This document shows, one piece after another, positions 25,401-37,100 of a stretch of DNA of 64,000 nucleotides. Below the pieces are notes generated by a model. It was not told the origin of the DNA, did no database searches, and saw only the letters and a program-made list of their open reading frames with translations. Each line of letters opens with the position of its first letter. The stretch's first letter is position 1. Location: the NCBI GenBank assembly GCA_964016885.1, contig OZ024741.1:249364001-249428000 (forward strand), given 5' to 3'. A program made the translations under genes and the position numbers. Origin of the DNA: Eledone cirrhosa (Eukaryota).

Positions 25401-28300
25401 TAATTTGTAAAAAAAAAATCAGGGGGAGATAATTTGTAAAAAAATCAAGGGGAGATAATTTCCAACCGTCCAAGGGGAGATAATTTTCAGCCGTCCAAGG
25501 AGGTAATTTCTAGCCGTCCAAGGGGAGATAATTTCCAGCCGTCCAAGGGGAGATAATTTTTTTAAAAAAATCAGGCGGAGATAATTTGTAAACAAAAATC
25601 AGGGGGAGATAATTTGTAAAAAAAAATCAGGGGGAGATAATTTGTAAAAAAAATCAAGGGGAGATAATTTCCAGCCGTCCAAGGGGAGGTAATATCTAGC
25701 CATCCAAAGGGAGATAATTTCCAGCCGTCCAAGGGGAGATAATTTCCAGCCGTCCAAGGGGAGATAATATCCAGCCGTCCAAGGAGACATATTTTCCAGC
25801 CGTCCAAGGAGAGGTAATTTCTAGCCGTCCAAGGGGAGATAAGTTCCAGCCTCCAAGGGGAGATAATTTCCAGCCAGCCAAGGGGAGATAATTTGTAAAA
25901 AAATCAGGGGGAGATAATTTGTAAAAAAAAAATCAGGGGGAGATAATTTGTAAAAAAATCAGGGGGAGATAATTTGTAAAAAAAAAATCAGGGGGAGATA
26001 ATTTGTAGAAAAAATCAGGGGTTGATAATTTGTAAAAAAAATCAGGGGGAGATAATTTGTAAAAAAAATCAGGGGGAGATAATTTGTAAAAGAAATCAGG
26101 GGTAGATAATTTTCAGTCGTCCAAGGGGAGATAATTTCCATCCTTCTAAGGGGAGATAATTTCCAGCCGTCCAAGGGGAGATAATTTCCCGCCAGCCAAG
26201 GAGAGATAACATTTAAAAAAATCAGGCGGAGATAATTTGTAAAAAATATCAGGGGGAGATAATTTGTAAAAAAATCAGGGGGAGATAATTTGTAAAAAAA
26301 ATCAGGGGTAGATAATTTCCAGCCGTCCAAGGGGAGATAATTTCCATCCTTCCAAGGGGAGATAATTTCCAGCCGTCCAAGGGGAGATAATTTCCCGCCA
26401 GCCAAGGAGAGATAATATTTAAAAAAATCAGGCGGAGATAATTTGTAAAAAAAATCAGGGGGAGATAATTTGTAAAAAAATCAGGGGGAGATAATTTGTA
26501 AAAAAAAATCAGGGGGAGATAATTTGTAAAAAAAATCAGGGGGAGATAATTTGTAAAAAAAATCAGGGGTAGATAATTTGTAAAAAAAAATCAGGGGGAG
26601 ATAATTTGTAAAAAAAAATCAGGGGGAGATAATTTGTAAAAAAATCAAGGGGAGATAATTTCCAGCCGTCCAAGGGGAGATAATTTTCAGCCGTCCAAGG
26701 AGAGGTAATTTCTAGCCGTCCAAGGGGAGATAATTTCCAGCCGTCCAAGGGGAGATAATTTTTTTAAAAAAATCAGGCGGAGATAATTTGTAAACAAAAA
26801 TCAGGGGGAGATAATTTGTAAAAAAAAATCAGGGGGAGATAATTTGTAAAAAAAAATCAGGGGGAGATAATTTGTAAAAAAAATCAAGGGGAGATAATTT
26901 CCAGCCGTCCAAGGGGAGGTAATATCTAGCCATCCAAGGGGAGATAATTTCCAGCCGTCCAAGGGGAGATAATTTCCAGCCGTCCAAGGGGAGATAATAT
27001 CCAGCCGTCCAAGGAGACATATTTTCCAGCCGTCCAAGGAGAGGTAATTTCTAGCCGTCCAAGGGGAGATAAGTTCCAGCCTCCAAGGGGAGATAATTTC
27101 CAGCCAGCCAAGGGGAGATAATTTGTAAAAAAATCAGGGGGAGATAATTTGTAAAAAAAAAATCAGGGGGAGATAATTTGTAAAAAAATCAGGGGGAGAT
27201 AATTTGTAAAAAAAAATCAGGGGGAGATAATTTGTAAAAAAAATCAGGGGGAGATAATTTGTAAAAAAAATCAGGGGTAGATAATTTGTAAAAAAAATCA
27301 GGGGGAGATAATTTGTAAAAAAAATCAGGGGGAGATAATTTGTAAAAAAAATCAGGGGTAGATAATTTTCAGCCGTCCAAGGGGAGATAATTTCCATCCT
27401 TCCAAGGGGAGATAATTTCCAGCCGTCCAAGGGGAGATAATTTCCCGCCAGCCAAGGAGAGATAACATTTAAAAAAATCAGGCGGAGATAATTTGTAAAA
27501 AAAATCAGGGGGAGTTAATTTGTAAAAAAATCAGGGGGAGATAATTTGTAAAAAAAATCAGGGGTAGATAATTTCCAGCCGTCCAAGGGGAGATAATTTC
27601 CATCCTTCCAAGGGGAGATAATTTCCAGCCGTCCAAGGGGAGATAATTTCCCGCCAGCCAAGGAGAGATAATATTTAAAAAAATCAGGCGGAGATAATTT
27701 GTAAAAAAAATCAGGGGGAGATAATTTGTAAAAAAATCAGGGGGAGATAATTTGTAAAAAAAAATCAGGGGGAGATAATTTGTAAAAAAAATCAGGGGGA
27801 GATAATTTGTAAAAAAAAATCAGGGGTAGATAATTTGTAAAAAAAAATCAGGGGGAGATAATTTGTAAAAAAATCAAGGGGAGATAATTTCCAGCCGTCC
27901 AAGGGGAGATAATTTTCAGCCGTCCAAGGAGAGGTAATTTCTAGCCGTCCAAGGGGAGATAATTTCCAGCCGTCCAAGGGGAGATAATTTTTTAAAAAAA
28001 TCAGGCGGAGATAATTTGTAAACAAAAATCAGGGGGAGATAATTTGTAAAAAAAAATCAGGGGGAGATAATTTGTAAAAAAAAATCAGGGGGAGATAATT
28101 TGTAAAAAAAATCAAGGGGAGATAATTTCCAGCCGTCCAAGGGGAGGTAATATCTAGCCATCCAAGGGGAGATAATTTCCAGCCGTCCAAGGGGAGATAA
28201 TTTCCAGCCGTCCAAGGGGAGATAATATCCAGCCGTCCAAGGAGACATATTTTCCAGCCGTCCAAGGAGACGTAATTTCTAGCCGTCCAAGGGGAGATAA
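22500..28300 (+). repeat. Duplicate of ~11.0-16.9 kb (offset ~11,415)
   Basis: Pairs 12186/23601, 13314/24729, 15148/26563 and 15719/27134 differ by 11415. Shared markers are TTCCTGCC, TTTTAAGCC, TCCAACCG, CCATCCAAAGGG and GGGGTTGAT. Confidence 0.85.
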
Positions 28301-29149
28301 GTTCCAGCCTCCAAGGGGAGATAATTTCCAGCCAGCCAAGGGGAGATAATTTGTAAAAAAATTAGGGGGAGATAATTTGTAAAAAAAAATTAGGGGGAGA
28401 TAATTTGTAAAAAAAAATCAGGGGGAGATAATTTGTAAAAAAAAATCAGGGGGAGATAATTTGTAAAAAAAATCAAGGGGAGATAATTTCCAGCCGTCCA
28501 AGGGGAGATAATTTTCAGCCGTCCAAGGAGAGGTAAATTCTAGCCGTCCAAGGAGATATAATTTCCAGCCGTCCAAGGGGAGATAATTTCCAGCCGTCCA
28601 AGGGGAGATAATTTTTTAAAAAAAATCAGGCGGAGATAATTTGTAAACAAAAATCAGGGGGAGATAATTTTAAAAAAAAAATCAGGGGGAGATAATTTGT
28701 AAAAAAAAATCAGGGGGAGATAATTTGTAAAAAAAATCAAGGGGAGATAATTTCCAGCCGTCCAAGGGGAGGTAATATCTAGCCATCCAAGGGGAGATAA
28801 TTTCCAGCCGTCCAAGGGGAGATAATTTCCAGCCGTCCAAGGGGAGATAATATCCAGCCGTCCAAGGAGACATATTTTCCAGCCGTCCAAGGAGAGGTAA
28901 TTTCTAGCCGTCCAAGGGGAGATAAGTTCCAGCCTCCAAGGGGAGATAATTTCCAGCCAGCCAAGGGGAGATAATTTGTAAAAAAATCAGGGGGGAGATA
29001 ATTTGTAAAAAAAATCAGGGGGAGATAATTTGAAAAAAAAATCAGGGGGAGATAATTTGTAAAAAATATCAAGGGGAGATAATTTCCAGCCCTCCAAGGG
29101 GCTATAATTTCCAGCCGTCCAAGGGGAGATAATTTCCAGCCGTCCAAGG

Positions 29150-31220
29150 GGAGATAATTTTTTTAAAAAAATCAGGCGGAGATAATTTGTAAACAAAAAT
29201 CAGGGGGAGATAATTTGTAAAAAAAAATCAGGGGGAGATAATTTGTAAAAAAAATCAAGGGGAGATAATTTCCAGCCGTCCAAGGGGAGGTAATATCTAG
29301 CCATCCAAAGGGAGATAATTTCCAGCCGTCCAAGGGGAGATAATTTCCAGCCGTCCAAGGGGAGATAATATCCAGCCGTCCAAGGAGACATATTTTCCAG
29401 CCGTCCAAGGAGAGGTAATTTCTAGCCGTCCAAGGGGAGATAAGTTCCAGCCTCCAAGGGGAGATAATTTCCAGCCAGCCAAGGGGAGATAATTTGTAAA
29501 AAAATCAGGGGGAGATAATTTGTAAAAAAAAAATCAGGGGGAGATAATTTGTAAAAAAATCAGGGGGAGATAATTTGTAAAAAAAAAATCAGGGGGAGAT
29601 AATTTGTAGAAAAAATCAGGGGTTGATAATTTGTAAAAAAAATCAGGGGGAGATAATTTGTAAAAAAAATCAGGGGGAGATAATTTGTAAAAGAAATCAG
29701 GGGTAGATAATTTTCAGTCGTCCAAGGGGAGATAATTTCCATCCTTCCAAGGGGAGATAATTTCCAGCCGTCCAAGGGGAGATAATTTCCCGCCAGCCAA
29801 GGAGAGATAACATTTAAAAAAATCAGGCGGAGATAATTTGTAAAAAAAATCAGGGGGAGATAATTTGTAAAAAAATCAGGGGGAGATAATTTGTAAAAAA
29901 AATCAGGGGTAGATAATTTCCAGCCGTCCAAGGGGAGATAATTTCCATCCTTCCAAGGGGAGATAATTTCCAGCCGTCCAAGGGGAGATAATTTCCCGCC
30001 AGCCAAGGAGAGATAATATTTAAAAAAATCAGGCGGAGATAATTTGTAAAAAAAATCAGGGGGAGATAATTTGTAAAAAAATCAGGGGGAGATAATTTGT
30101 AAAAAAAATCAGGGGGAGATAATTTGTAAAAAAAATCAGGGGGAGATAATTTGTAAAAAAAAATCAGGGGTAGATAATTTGTAAAAAAAAATCAGGGGGA
30201 GATAATTTGTAAAAAAAAATCAGGGGGAGATAATTTGTAAAAAAATCAAGGGGAGATAATTTCCAGCCGTCCAAGGGGAGATAATTTTCAGCCGTCCAAG
30301 GAGAGGTAATTTCTAGCCGTCCAAGGGGAGATAATTTCCAGCCGTCCAAGGGGAGATAATTTTTTTTAAAAAATCAGGCGGAGATAATTTGTAAACAAAA
30401 ATCAGGGGGAGATAATTTGTAAAAAAAAATCAGGGGGAGATAATTTGTAAAAAAAAATCAGGGGGAGATAATTTGTAAAAAAAATCAAGGGGAGATAATT
30501 TCCAGCCGTCCAAGGGGAGGTAATATCTAGCCATCCAAGGGGAGATAATTTCCAGCCGTCCAAGGGGAGATAATTTCCAGCCGTCCAAGGGGAGATAATA
30601 TCCAGCCGTCCAAGGAGACATATTTTCCAGCCGTCCAAGGAGAGGTAATTTCTAGCCGTCCAAGGGGAGATAAGTTCCAGCCTCCAAGGGGAGATAATTT
30701 CCAGCCAGCCAAGGGGAGATAATTTGTAAAAAAATCAGGGGGAGATAATTTGTAAAAAAAAAATCAGGGGGAGATAATTTGTAAAAAAATCAGGGGGAGA
30801 TAATTTGTAAAAAAAAATCAGGGGGAGATAATTTGTAAAAAAAATCAGGTGGAGATAATTTGTAAAAAAAATCAGGGGTAGATAATTTGTAAAAAAAATC
30901 AGGGGGAGATAATTTGTAAAAAAAATCAGGGGGAGATAATTTGTAAAAAAAATCAGGGGTAGATAATTTTCAGCCGTCCAAGGGGAGATAATTTCCATCC
31001 TTCCAAGGGGAGATAATTTCCAGCCGTCCAAGGGGAGATAATTTCCCGCCAGCCAAGGAGAGATAACATTTAAAAAAATCAGGCGGAGATAATTTGTAAA
31101 AAAAATCAGGGGGAGATAATTTGTAAAAAAATCAGGGGGAGATAATTTGTAAAAAAAATCAGGGGTAGATAATTTCCAGCCGTCCAAGGGGAGATAATTT
31201 CCATCCTTCCAAGGGGAGAT
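29150..31220 (+). repeat. Duplicate of ~25.55-27.6 kb (offset 3,601)
   Basis: Pairs 25571/29172, 25959/29560, 26563/30164 and 27134/30735 all differ by 3601. Confidence 0.82.
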
Positions 31221-31229
31221 AATTTCCAG

Positions 31230-34130
31230 CCGTCCAAGGGGAGGTAATATCTAGCCATCCAAGGGGAGATAATTTCCAGCCGTCCAAGGGGAGATATTTT
31301 CCAGCCGTCCAAGGAGAGGTAATTTCTAGCCGTCCAAGGGGAGATAAGTTCCTGCCTCCAAGGGGAGATAATTTCCAGCCAGCCAAGGGGAGATAATTTG
31401 TAAAAAAATCAGGGGGAGATAATTTGTAAAAAAAAAATCAGGGGGAGATAATTTGTAAAAAAATCAGGGGGAGATAATTTGTAAAAAAAAAATCAGGGGG
31501 AGATAATTTGTAAAAAAAATCAGGGGGAGATAATTTGTAAAAAAAATCAGGGGTAGATAATTTGTAAAAAAAATCAGGGGGAGATAATTTGTAAAAAAAA
31601 TCAGGGGGAGATAATTTGTAAAAAAAATCAGGGGTAGATAATATTCAGCCCTCCAAGGGGAGATAATTTCCATCCTTCCAAGGGGAGATAATTTCCAGCC
31701 GTCCAAGGGGAGATAATTTCCCGCCAGCCAAGGAGAGATAACATTTAAAAAAATCAGGCGGAGATAATTTGTAAAAAAAATCAGGGGGAGATAATTTGTA
31801 AAAAAATTAGGGGGAGATAATTTGTAAAAAAAATCAGGGGTAGATAATTTCCAGCCGTCCAAGGGGAGATAATTTCCATCCTTCCAAGGGGAGATAATTT
31901 CCAGCCGTCCAAGGGGAGATAATTTCCCGCCAGCCAAGGAGAGATAATATTTAAAAAAATCAGGCGGAGATAATTTGTAAAAAAAATCAGGGGGAGATAA
32001 TTTGTAAAAAAATCAGGGGGAGATAATTTGTAAAAAAAAATCAGGGGGAGATAATTTGTAAAAAAAATCAGGGGGAGATAATTTGTAAAAAAAAATCAGG
32101 GGTAGATAATTTGTAAAAAAAAATCAGGGGGAGATAATTTGTAAAAAAAAATCAGGGGGAGATAATTTGTAAAAAAATCAAGGGGAGATAATTTCCAGCC
32201 GTCCAAGGGGAGATAATTTTCAGCCGTCCAAGGAGAGGTAATTTCTAGCCGTCCAAGGGGAGATAATTTCCAGCCGTCCAAGGGGAGATAATTTTTTTTA
32301 AAAAATCAGGCGGAGATAATTTGTAAACAAAAATCAGGGGGAGATAATTTGTAAAAAAAAATCAGGGGGAGATAATTTGTAAAAAAAAATCAGGGGGAGA
32401 TAATTTGTAAAAAAAATCAAGGGGAGATAATTTCCAGCCGTCCAAGGGGAGGTAATATCTAGCCATCCAAGGGGAGATAATTTCCAGCCGTCCAAGGGGA
32501 GATAATTTCCAGCCGTCCAAGGGGAGATAATATCCAGCCGTCCAAGGAGACATATTTTCCAGCCGTCCAAGGAGACGTAATTTCTAGCCGTCCAAGGGGA
32601 GATAAGTTCCAGCCTCCAAGGGGAGATAATTTCCAGCCAGCCAAGGGGAGATAATTTGTAAAAAAATTAGGGGAAGATAATTTGTAAAAAAAAATTAGGG
32701 GGAGATAATTTGTAAAAAAAAATCAGGGGGAGATAATTTGTAAAAAAAAATCAGGGGGAGATAATTTGTAAAAAAAAATCAGGGGGAGATAATTTGTAAA
32801 AAAAAAATCAGGCGGAGATAATTTGTAAAAAAATCAAGGGGAGATAATTTCCAGCCGTCCAAGGGGAGATAATTTTCAGCCGTCCAAGGAGAGGTAATTT
32901 CTAGCCGTCCAAGGGGAGATAATTTCCAGCCGTCCAAGGGGAGATAATTTTTTTAAAAAAATCAGGCGGAGATAATTTGTAAACAAAAATCAGGGGGAGA
33001 TAATTTGTAAAAAAAAATCAGGGGGAGATAATTTGTAAAAAAAATCAGGGGGAGATAATTTGTAAAAAAAATCAAGGGGAGATAATTTGTAAAAAAAAAT
33101 CAGGGGTAGATAATTTGTAAAAAAAAATCAGGGGGAGATAATTTGTAAAAAAAAAATCAGGGGGAGATAATTTGTAAAAAAATCAAGGGGAGATAATTTC
33201 CAGCCGTCCAAGGGGAGATAATTTTAAGCCGTCCAAGGAGAGGTAATTTCTAGCCGTCCAAGGGGAGATAATTTCCAGCCAGCCAAGGGGAGATAATTTG
33301 TAAAAAAATCAGGGGTAGATAATTTGTAAAAAAAAATCAGGGGGAGATAATTTGTAAAAAAAATCAGGGGGAGATAATTTGTAAAAAAAATCAGGGGTAG
33401 ATAATTTCCAGCCGTCCAAGGGGAGATAATTTCCATCCTTCCAAGGGGAGATAATTTCCAGCCGTCCAAGGGGAGATAATTTCCCGCCAGCCAAGGAGAG
33501 ATAACATTTAAAAAAATCAGGCGGAGATAATTTGTAAAAAAAATCAGGGGGAGATAATTTGTAAAAAAATCAGGGGGAGATAATTTGTAAAAAAAATCAG
33601 GGGTAGATAATTTCCAGCCGTCCAAGGGGAGATAATTTCCATCCTTCCAAGGGGAGATAATTTCCAGCCGTCCAAGGGGAGATAATTTCCCGCCAGCCAA
33701 GGAGAGATAATATTTAAAAAAATCAGGCGGAGATAATTTGTAAAAAAAATCAGGGGGAGATAATTTGTAAAAAAATCAGGGGGAGATAATTTGTAAAAAA
33801 AAATCAGGGGAGATAATTTGTAAAAAAAATCAGGGGGTGATAATTTGTAAAAAAAATCAGGGGTAGATAATTTGTAAAAAAAAATCAGGGGGAGATAATT
33901 TGTAAAAAAAAAATCAGGGGGAGATAATTTGTAAAAAAATCAAGGGGAGATAATTTCCAACCGTCCAAGGGGAGATAATTTTCAGCCGTCCAAGGAGGTA
34001 ATTTCTAGCCGTCCAAGGGGAGATAATTTCCAGCCGTCCAAGGGGAGATAATTTTTTTAAAAAAATCAGGCGGAGATAATTTGTAAACAAAAATCAGGGG
34101 GAGATAATTTGTAAAAAAAAATCAGGGGGA
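31230..34130 (+). repeat. Further copy of the ~11.3-14.2 kb block (offset 19,910)
   Basis: Pairs 11554/31464, 12186/32096 and 13314/33224 differ by 19910, with the same rare markers in the same order. Confidence 0.82.
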
Positions 34131-37100
34131 GATAATTTGTAAAAGAAATCAGGGGTAGATAATTTTCAGTCGTCCAAGGGGAGATAATTTCCATCCTTCC
34201 AAGGGGAGATAATTTCCAGCCGTCCAAGGGGAGATAATTTCCCGCCAGCCAAGGAGAGATAACATTTAAAAAAATCAGGCGGAGATAATTTGTAAAAAAA
34301 ATCAGGGGGAGATAATTTGTAAAAAAATCAGGGGGAGATAATTTGTAAAAAAAAATCAGGGGGAGATAATTTGTAAAAAAAATCAAGGGGAGATAATTTC
34401 CAGCCGTCCAAGGGGAGGTAATATCTAGCCATCCAAGGGGAGATAATTTCCAGCCGTCCAAGGGGAGATAATTTCCAGCCGTCCAAGGGGAGATAATATC
34501 CAGCCGTCCAAGGAGACATATTTTCCAGCCGTCCAAGGAGAGGTAATTTCTAGCCGTCCAAGGGGAGATAAGTTCCAGCCTCCAAGGGGAGATAATTTCC
34601 AGCCAGCCAAGGGGAGATAATTTGTAAAAAAATCAGGGGGAGATAATTTGTAAAAAAAAAATCAGGGGGAGATAATTTGTAAAAAAATCAGGGGGAGATA
34701 ATTTGTAAAAAAAAATCAGGGGGAGATAATTTGTAAAAAAAATCAGGGGGAGATAATTTGTAAAAAAAATCAGGGGTAGATAATTTGTAAAAAAAATCAG
34801 GGGGAGATAATTTGTAAAAAAAATCAGGGGGAGATAATTTGTAAAAAAAATCAGGGGTAGATAATTTTCAGCCGTCCAAGGGGAGATAATTTCCATCCTT
34901 CCAAGGGGAGATAATTTCCAGCCGTCCAAGGGGAGATAATTTCCCGCCAGCCAAGGAGAGATAACATTTAAAAAAATCAGGCGGAGATAATTTGTAAAAA
35001 AAATCAGGGGGAGATAATTTGTAAAAAAATCAGGGGGAGATAATTTGTAAAAAAAATCAGGGGTAGATAATTTCCAGCCGTCCAAGGGGAGATAATTTCC
35101 ATCCTTCCAAGGGGAGATAATTTCCAGCCGTCCAAGGGGAGATAATTTCCCGCCAGCCAAGGAGAGATAATATTTAAAAAAATCAGGCGGAGATAATTTG
35201 TAAAAAAAATCAGGGGGAGATAATTTGTAAAAAAAATCAGGGGGAGATAATTTGTAAAAAAAAATCAGGGGTAGATAATTTGTAAAAAAAAATCAGGGGG
35301 AGATAATTTGTAAAAAAATCAAGGGGAGATAATTTCCAGCCGTCCAAGGGGAGATAATTTTCAGCCGTCCAAGGAGAGGTAATTTCTAGCCGTCCAAGGG
35401 GAGATAATTTCCAGCCGTCCAAGGGGAGATAATTTTTTAAAAAAATCAGGCGGAGATAATTTGTAAACAAAAATCAGGGGGAGATAATTTGTAAAAAAAA
35501 ATCAGGGGGAGATAATTTGTAAAAAAAAATCAGGGGGAGATAATTTGTAAAAAAAATCAAGGGGAGATAATTTCCAGCCGTCCAAGGGGAGGTAATATCT
35601 AGCCATCCAAGGGGAGATAATTTCCAGCCGTCCAAGGGGAGATAATTTCCAGCCGTCCAAGGGGAGATAATATCCAGCCGTCCAAGGAGACATATTTTCC
35701 AGCCGTCCAAGGAGACGTAATTTCTAGCCGTCCAAGGGGAGATAAGTTCCAGCCTCCAAGGGGAGATAATTTCCAGCCAGCCAAGGGGAGATAATTTGTA
35801 AAAAAATTAGGGGGAGATAATTTGTAAAAAAAAATTAGGGGGAGATAATTTGTAAAAAAAAATCAGGGGGAGATAATTTGTAAAAAAAAATCAGGGGGAG
35901 ATAATTTGTAAAAAAAATCAAGGGGAGATAATTTCCAGCCATCCAAGGGGAGATAATTTTCAGCCGTCCAAGGAGAGGTAAATTCTAGCCGTCCAAGGAG
36001 ATATAATTTCCAGCCGTCAAAGGGGAGATAATTTCCAGCCGTCCAAGGGGAGATAATTTTTAAAAAAAAATCAGGCGGAGATAATTTGTAAACAAAAATC
36101 AGGGGAAGATAATTTTAAAAAAAAAATCAGGGGGAGATAATTTGTAAAAAAAAATCAGGGGGAGATAATTTGTAAAAAAAATCAAGGGGAGATAATTTCC
36201 AGCCGTCCAAGGGGAGGTAATATCTAGCCATCCAAGGGGAGATAATTTCCAGCCGTCCAAGGGGAGATAATTTCCAGCCGTCCAAGGGGAGATAATATCC
36301 AGCCGTCCAAGGAGACATATTTTCCAGCCGTCCAAGGAGAGGTAATTTCTAGCCGTCCAAGGGGAGATAAGTTCCAGCCTCCAAGGGGAGATAATTTCCA
36401 GCCAGCCAAGGGGAGATAATTTGTAAAAAAATCAGGGGGGAGATAATTTGTAAAAAAAATCAGGGGGAGATAATTTGAAAAAAAAATCAGGGGGAGATAA
36501 TTTGTAAAAAATATCAAGGGGAGATAATTTCCAGCCCTCCAAGGGGCTATAATTTCCAGCCGTGCAAGGGGAGATAATTTCCAGCCGTCCAAGGGGAGAT
36601 AATTTCCATCCTTCCAAGGGGAGATAATTTCCAGCCGTCCAAGGGGAGATAATTTCCCGCAAGCCAAGGGAAGATAATTTTTTAAAAAATCAGGCGGAGA
36701 TTGTAAAAAAAATCAGGGGGAGATAATTTGTAAAAAAAATCAGGGGGAGATAATTTGTAAAAAAAATTAGGGGGAGATAATTTGTAAAAAAAATCAGGGG
36801 TAGATAATTTTCAGCCGTCCAAGGGGAGATAATTTCCATCCTTCCAAGGGGAGATAATTTCCAGCCGTCCAAGGGGAGATAATTTCCCGCCAGCCAAGGA
36901 GAGATAACATTTAAAAAAATCAGGCGGAGATAATTTGTAAAAAAAATCAGGGGGAGATAATTTGTAAAAAAATCAGGGGGAGATAATTTGTAAAAAAAAT
37001 CAGGGGTAGATAATTTCCAGCCGTCCAAGGGGAGATAATTTCCATCCTTCCAAGGGGAGATAATTTCCAGCCGTCCAAGGGGAGATAATTTCCCGCCAGC

